From Tubiluchus corallicola (taxonomy: Eukaryota > Animalia > Priapulida), in NCBI GenBank assembly GCA_030141605.1, contig JAQGDQ010000100.1:434001-498000 (forward strand): a stretch of 64,000 nt of DNA, read 5' to 3'. This document shows positions 57,483 to 64,000 of this stretch, in pieces. Each line of letters starts with the position of its first letter. Position 1 is the first letter of the stretch. The notes beneath the pieces are model-generated. The model was not told where the DNA came from. It ran no database searches and saw only the letters and a list, made by a program, of their open reading frames with translations. The position numbers were made by a program, and so were the translations under genes.

Positions 57483-58574
57483 ATCTGCTTTTAACTGTGT
57501 TTAAACGTAAAATTTTCAGTTGCAAAAGCATTAAATATTGCTAACTCTGAAAGTCTAATTTGCACATAAGTTGCACAAGTAACTGGCATATTTTCGTTTG
57601 GATGTATGCCTATGTGTCGCTGCAGTTCCTATGCCAAAGTTTTGACATTGAGGTTAGTGAAGAAATGGCTTAACACTGGTAGGTAATCGTAATCTAATTA
57701 TGTACCTACCTGTAATAATATGGAAACGTTTATTTTATCAAGCGTTATTAATATGATAACTGTGATACGCAAGTTACTAGATGGCACACACTTTATTACA
57801 GAGAACTGCAACTGCTATTAATAACTGTAATTGTAATGCTACTGAACCATAACAAGGAACAAATTCCATAAAACTATTGTAGAACTGGATTTATGTATGT
57901 TGTCAACCCCATTAGTTTATATATTGATCACTGAGGAGGCATTGAGGAGAACATAAAATTGACACTAACAAAGGTGACTAAATTTACCTTTATAATTATG
58001 TAACTAAAACGTCTGTCAATTCACAAAGCATGTAATCTATTTTTTTCATCATTTGATTTCAATGAGCAAAATGCTCAATGATCCTATAAATTGTTAAAAC
58101 CTCATAAACATCCACAAATGCACACCATTCTAATTAAATTAGTAATACAATTTTAATGGCAAATTGTTGATGCAAACAAATGTCTGTAATTTGTCAGCTA
58201 ATTATTCTTCAACTAATTTGGAAGTACACTCTTAAATTAATCAAACAATTTTCCATTTCTGAGGCTCATTTCTAAGTGGGTTTGCCTAAAAGGTTTAGGC
58301 CCATGCACCTCGTAACCGTGTGGGTAAACTCCATAAAAGCCGCAAATCCAAAATGGCTTCCCACAGTAGGGCATTTTGAAAATCACATTTTTTGTTGATT
58401 TTGTCTATGTAGTGCTGCAGTATATAGTTTCTGGAACTTTCTGGATCATGAATATTTTTTGTGTTATGTTTATGACTTCACCTATTTCTTATTGTCAACT
58501 TCAAAATTGCCACTGTCAGCCATTTTGGAATTTATGTTTTAAATGGCTTTCTCTTCAAATGTATGCATAGTGTA

Positions 58575-59010
58575 TGCGGCCTCTCCAGGGCGCATGCCTG
58601 GGCAAGGTGCATGGAGATCCTGAGTTGCCCAGACAACTGGAACCCCTCTGTTCCTCCCTGGTGTAATCCAAAGGAAAGCGGAGCGATACGTTTGGCACTA
58701 GGTTGGCTGCAGGAGCTGCCAGAGTCAGTGAGCATGCTGCACTGGTCCGTCTTCGGGGCTCCACTCCTGATTTGGAAGGTTTACTCTTCTACACATGGCC
58801 GTTGGGTCACTTGACCTCCTATGCTCTCTAACCATTGGCTGCTTGTGCAGCTTCTCCGCCTAGTGTTGAGATGCAGTGTGGGCATCCCGCAAGCCTACAG
58901 CACCTGGTATTCCTAGGCAGTTACCCATCCAAGTACTAACCAGACTCCGCATTGCTTAACTTCGGTGGTCAGACGAGAACCGGTGTTTTCAACGTGATAT
59001 GGCCGTAGAC
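58575..59010 (-). mobile_element. 5S rRNA-headed SINE (SINE3-like): complete 5S head plus ~315-bp GC-rich body
   Basis: The 120-nt 5S sequence runs directly, without an oligo-T terminator, into a GC-rich body (58890-58575) that is very distinct from the AT-rich flanks. Confidence 0.7.
58891..59010 (-). rRNA. 5S rRNA-like sequence (full length, probably SINE head or pseudogene)
   Basis: GTCTACGGCCATATCACGTTGAAAACACCGGTTCTCGTC...GAAGTTAAGC...GGTTAGTACTTGGATGGG...GGTGCTGTAGGCTT. Single copy, several transition-type deviations from typical metazoan 5S, no TTTT terminator. Confidence 0.8.
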
Positions 59011-62000
59011 TGCAAATGTGTGTAGTACTCACATTGATCATCAATTTGTTTTTTTATTTTGATACAACTTACACAATATGGTGTAGGCGATTATTTTTTT
59101 ATTCAAGTCTGTTGTCTGACTTGATTCTCCACACTTGCTTTTCTCATCATCGCTACTGCTGTCATCAATACTTTCATTTGAACAGTATAAATAAGGTGTG
59201 AACTGCTTGGATGAGTTGAAATAATGTGGTAAAAGTGTGTCTTTGGAACCATTCACGGCTTATCAGTCTTGGCCAAATGGGGATGCATGTTTCACAGGGT
59301 ATAATGAAACTGACGGTATGAGCTGTAGTTCGTCCTTTCCACATGGGGTAATCCAACATGTCATCATCAGATGGAAGACAAATAATACTCCACTTCTTCA
59401 GTTTGCGCTGCTTGGATACTGCAACCTGTCTACAGAATCTGATTACGAGTGAACCCTTAGTCTAAACTTTGAAGAGAACAAATGTCTTTATATTTTCTGT
59501 TACTTTGTCCTCTAGTTCTAAACTCTCATCTGCTTGCCCGAGGTGTTCTCTCACCTCATTGATCTTCAACAGTGGCACTGCTCGTGAAGAAGGGTATTTT
59601 TATGTTGTTTTGGTTTCCTGACCCTCATCTAATTGTCTGAGAAGCTTTCATGTCTCAGGGTCAGATATCACCTTTTCCACTGGCTTTTCCAATGCCCATA
59701 GAAACCTGATGTGTGGTCACTGCTAGTAACATGGGAAACTATGATGAGCTTGTTATAGGCAGAGATATAGGCAGAGATGTCCCTGGTTGTATAAGGGCAT
59801 ACTTCCATCCCCACCATGCTAGTGCTCAGATTAGTTGACATCTTCTCGTCACTGTCCATGATGTAATCTTGCCTTTCCTTGTTGAAAATTCCACAGCATC
59901 TGTAGAAAGTGTCTTCAGTTTTTGGGAAATTTGGGAGTCGGGGAAACAGATGCATCCATTGTAAAGCAAGATTAGGTTGTAGTATATCAAGTGAAATAGC
60001 TCATTGAGGCAAATTGAATGGTATGACTTATGCCGAGATGGTTGAGCCCTGACCTCACTATGGAGGGGGGGTGGGGCAGAAACCGAAATTGGGGTGTTGG
60101 GGGAGGCATATGTTTCCTGTGTCGAGCAACTGTGGTTTGTAGTCTATCATATCAATTAGAATTGAGTTGCATGAATTTTGCCTACATGAATGACCCCTGG
60201 CCCCAACATCACAGGTTGAAATTGGTGTTCCAAATTTAGTAGTTTCTAATACACCAAGATAGGGTGTATTTTTAACACACCACCTATACACTAAGATATC
60301 GATGAGGTATGTATTGGCCCCCATTTGATTGACCTTGACCCAGGGCTCACCAAGTCAACAAGTGACATTCTGATTTCACTAAAACTATTCATGTCAAACT
60401 CAGCCGTATTTATGCTAGGTTAAATGCAGTATTGTTAATTATTTTGAAAAACATTTTTATCCATAAATACGAAATAAAAGCCGTCACTTAAAGCATCTCC
60501 TGTCACAGAAGCAGAATCTTATCACAGTTTTTAATAGGTCAAAAACGTTCAATAGTTTATTTTATGTTATAGATATACTTTGCTACTTATATATAAACAA
60601 AGTACTTGTGCCTTTTTAGCGCTCCTTGGATTTGAAAATGTGAACGCTGGGTCTATCATTCATATACATGTGTATGCAGACATCAGTATCGGGTAGCTTG
60701 TGATATAAGTCCATACTACTCAATACGCAGAATCTGTGTGTAGCAAAAAAACTGATTTATACTTTGCCATATGGTTTTTCCTGTATGAATTATTATTTGC
60801 GATTGGTATTTGTCTGCATGGGGGTGGAATCAGAAAAGTAGTCGTAGAAGCGTGATAATCACGCAATTTTAGTGCAACATGTCTGCTGTTAATGTATATA
60901 AATCCTTGCTATATTTAAATACATATAAAATTAATGACTGCATGGAAAGATGAGTTCCAAATGTACCATCTACATTTTATCTTGCCCCAAAAACCACGAA
61001 TGTATTGTAAGAAATCATTTTCAAAATGAATTACTGTCGTTAAATGAATTGAAAGGAATCAAATCAGAGATCCATTAGACAAGACTATAGTCAGGATGAT
61101 GTTATAGGTAGTAGATGAAGCTAGACCAGAACTGATTTTGTTCGTGTTGAGGTGAATCGAAATACGAACCGTAAAAAGAAAGGAGTTATTATTGCTTAAT
61201 TAAACTGCTTGGACAATTGTCATTTCAAATTGAGATTTTTAACTTCATTTAAGATGTTTTCACTATTATTTAACTGGTTATTAGTGGTTAATGCCTAAAC
61301 AATTATTGGTTTTCACATAACCACATAACGGGCGATGTTTCAACACATGGGTGTGAATGTTGAGCGAAGCGTAGTTTGATTATTATGTTCTCAGAAGTAT
61401 GATTAACTAACAGAAAGCCGCATCGATAGTGGATTCAAACGTCACGTATTACTTTGCTCAGACTGTTGCGTCTAGAACCGATCTAGATAGATACTGTAAA
61501 AAATTATCTTAAAAATCAGCTTTTCAGTTGACTGACTGTTTGAGTTAAAGGACTAGTCAGTTAAGGATTAATGCCCTAACTCGTAGATAACTCGCATTCT
61601 CATAGATATCAACGAATTTAACCAGACTATAGTTTGAGGAAATAAGACGTAAATCCCAAACATTAGTGCAGGCGATTGCCTTCTGAAGATTATGTAGATC
61701 AATTTGATTGTAGGTTTTCATACAAGATCTCAATATCATTTTTCAGTTTCTTAATGTTACAGATCTGAAGGCGAGAACTAGTGATTTCTGGTAGCGTTGT
61801 CGTTTAATAATAATTTTTTGTAAATACAATATTGTGGGATTTTGTGTAAAAACGGTTCATTTTCGTTATAAAGAATATCATAATAATAAAACTGTTTAAA
61901 CGTTATAGAATTAAATCGTGTTGGCCTGAAAGAGTCATGGTGTTGAGCTAGAAACGCGTCATAGAGATATAATGATGTTGAGCTAGAAACGCATTGCTTT

Positions 62001-62527
62001 TGATCCACTTGTTATTTACTATCAAGCCGCATTGTTCAAAATTTGCGATTAGGAATTAAATAGTGAAACCGCACCTTGTAAATTTAATTTATGAAGTGAG
62101 CAATACTTGCTGTAAAGTTAAGAGAAACAGTTCTAAAATCAAATTCTGCTGAATGAAAAGCCCTCGAGCTTGTTGTATTTCTTTCTTAAAGGAACATATC
62201 TTTAAGTTAGTAAGTTTGGTTCTAAGCTAAGCCGGCCGTTGTGCCACCATCGTCACAATATATAAACTCAGCTTTTAAGTCCTGTGTGGTACGTACTACT
62301 CAAATTTAACTTCGCGTATAAGGTAGTAATAAACCGTGCGTCATACTAAAGCTGATAATTAATTCTAGTAATAACTAATAACTTACAGCAAAACAGTCAC
62401 ATAAACCCTAAATCCTGGACGGAATATTTGTGGCTCGAACGTTTAATAGCGACACGTGCAGGTATGGGATTCATTGGCAATTAGCGAATTAGGACTAAAT
62501 GACGAAAACGCCTTGTAAAAAGAATAT

Positions 62528-62667
62528 ACTAGACTAGACTAGACTAGACTACACTAGACTAGACTAGACTAGACTAGACTAGACTAGACTAGACTAGAAT
62601 AGAATAGAATAGAATAGAATAGAATAGAATAGAATAGAATAGAATAGAATAGAATAGAACAGAACAG
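62528..62667. repeat. Compound pentanucleotide microsatellite (ACTAG)n-(AATAG)n
   Basis: About 14 ACTAG units switch in register to about 12 AATAG units, then AACAG. Confidence 0.97.
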
Positions 62668-63232
62668 TTTTTTTCGTGGAGCTCATTAAATTGAATACAA
62701 AATATTTCATAAAGGTGTAGCCTTATTGTTGTCAAAATTTACGATTATTTGATAAGCAAGATTTTATAACTGAAATATCACCTTTCCGTTAATACAAACT
62801 GACAGTAAACAGAGTGCACACATCCTGGAAATAAATTACTTCCAAACTATTTAATCCAAACTGAAACCAACGAATTCCATTTGTTGTTATTTAACCTTCA
62901 TTGTGAAGTGAAGAGCATTTGTGACAAGTGTTATCTTATGCAGAGTATTTTACTTGTTTAACAGAAGTTAAGAAGAGTAAGTTTATACAAACACACGTGA
63001 AATGCAGGGCTCCTATATATCCATTTATCCTGCAAGTAATCTCTTTTTAATCTTTGCGTATATTAAGGTTTTTGGCTGCCTTTTAGTGACCTTTCTAAAA
63101 TTTTCAAAGTCATAGTGTTCCAGAACAAACTTAATTCACATTTATAAAACTAATTACCCTCTGCGGTTGCGTGGTTTTCTTACGTTTGTTTACGTTTGGG
63201 GCTATTCACCTAGATGGAGAGTATCACTCGGA

Positions 63233-63270
63233 ATCACCATGGAAACCAGCGAAACGGTTGTCACGGAAAC
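63233..63270. promoter_or_regulatory. Two tandem RFX X-box motifs
   Basis: ATCACCATGGAAAC (63233-63246) and GTTGTCACGGAAAC (63257-63270) versus the palindromic X-box GTTGCCATGGCAAC, in a locally GC/CpG-richer island. Confidence 0.65.
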
Positions 63271-63314
63271 CGATTACGACGAATACAAAATCAGGTGTAT
63301 TTGCTGTGTGACAG

Positions 63315-63373
63315 ATGGAGACAGGTACGGGAAGGAACGCGCTCAAGGTGTTGGAGAGGATATTGATAGCTAG
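63315..63373 (+). CDS. Probable first coding exon of an unidentified gene continuing beyond the window
   Basis: ATG at 63315 gives METGTGRNALKVLERILIA and ends at a strong donor AG|GTATGT (phase 2), 45 nt downstream of the X-boxes. No recognised homology. Confidence 0.35.
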
Positions 63374-63869
63374 GTATGTTACTGTCATTATAATACACGG
63401 CTGCTTGCTGCGCGCTTTAGTGTTTTGTGTATTGAATCTGAGCATGTCAAATACATGCAGGTAGTCAATGTCGTGCTGTGGTTAAGATGTCAATGTGTAC
63501 TGTGCATGGTTAAATCTACTATATAGATAAGACGAGCGGATACAACTAGATTTCAGGTCTACAATTTTAAATGTAAGTTAGTCGAACTAATATTTAATAT
63601 TTATAGCTATTTTGTTATGCCAGCGTAACTTATAGGCCTATTGTTGTTGTTTTTTTAACAGTAGTACCAAGTATTGCTTGCTTTCGGATTTATCTAATCA
63701 TTCAGTTCAGCGCTCTGCAAACCGGAATCCAGAACTCGGAAACTGGGTTTACTTAATATAGATAGTTTTTGTTGGATGTGGCGGGACTGGAATCTAGTTC
63801 AATATCATAAATAATTTTCCAAGATGAGATACAGAACTGTCAAAGGCATATGTTTTCTTTCTTAATGTG

Positions 63870-63975
63870 ATAAATAGCCAGGATGAGCCAAACTACCTAG
63901 AAGCAGTGTACTCCGTGGGCACTCATCCAATTACTGCCCAGGCTTCGTTGCTAGGCATAGACTGTGATCACTGTC
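63870..63975 (-). mobile_element. Degenerate 5S-derived SINE fragment
   Basis: Minus strand GCCTGGGCAGTAATTGGATGAGTGCCCACGGAGTACACTGCTTCTAGG resembles the 3' half of 5S rRNA. Confidence 0.4.
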
Positions 63976-64000
63976 CAAATTAGACTATACATGTATATAA

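Larger units (their letters stand above)
58296..60000 (-). mobile_element. Degenerate DNA-transposon remnant, probably Academ-like (XPG/FEN-type C-terminal region)
   Basis: Minus-strand broken frames give HVTSSDHTSGFYGH(G)K, LPSDDD...RTNY and an acidic tail; a candidate TAG-initiated terminus lies at 58296. The family call is from recalled motifs only. Confidence 0.45.

Noticed and set aside
58891-59010. Functional 5S rRNA gene
   Set aside because: Solitary, several deviations from typical 5S, no Pol III oligo-T terminator, and embedded in transposon debris.
63239-63373. METSETVVTETDYDEYKIRCICCVTDGD as a PHD-finger start
   Set aside because: Only a CxC resemblance. The frame stops at the strongest donor, and the sequence is better explained by two X-boxes plus the ATG at 63315. 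Not fully excluded, because a weaker donor AG|GTACGG exists at 63324.

Overview
AT-rich, intron-containing invertebrate animal genomic DNA; the species cannot be determined from the sequence. I reconstructed six protein-coding genes exon by exon with consistent GT-AG phases: REEP5 (-, 5 exons), PLPBP/PROSC (+, 8 exons), CEP290 (+, one 6,978-bp exon), GOLGA7 (-, 5 exons, last intron U12-type), JTB (-, 5 exons) and a glycine N-acyltransferase-like gene (+, 5 coding exons). There is probably a first exon of a seventh gene behind two RFX X-boxes at the right edge, and possibly a terminal exon at the left edge. The most striking structure is an intact, intronless, near full-length CEP290 ORF (2,325 aa) nested on the same strand inside intron 2 of PLPBP. 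It starts only 144 nt after the PLPBP exon-2 donor and is preceded by its own splice acceptor 4 nt before the ATG, out of frame with PLPBP. The rest is introns, UTRs and mobile-element debris: a Tigger/pogo element, pogo and hAT-type MITEs, non-autonomous Helitrons, a 5S-rRNA-headed SINE inside a probable Academ remnant, a LINE 3' fragment, tandem duplications and microsatellites. Homolog and repeat-family assignments are from recalled motifs, not from database searches.
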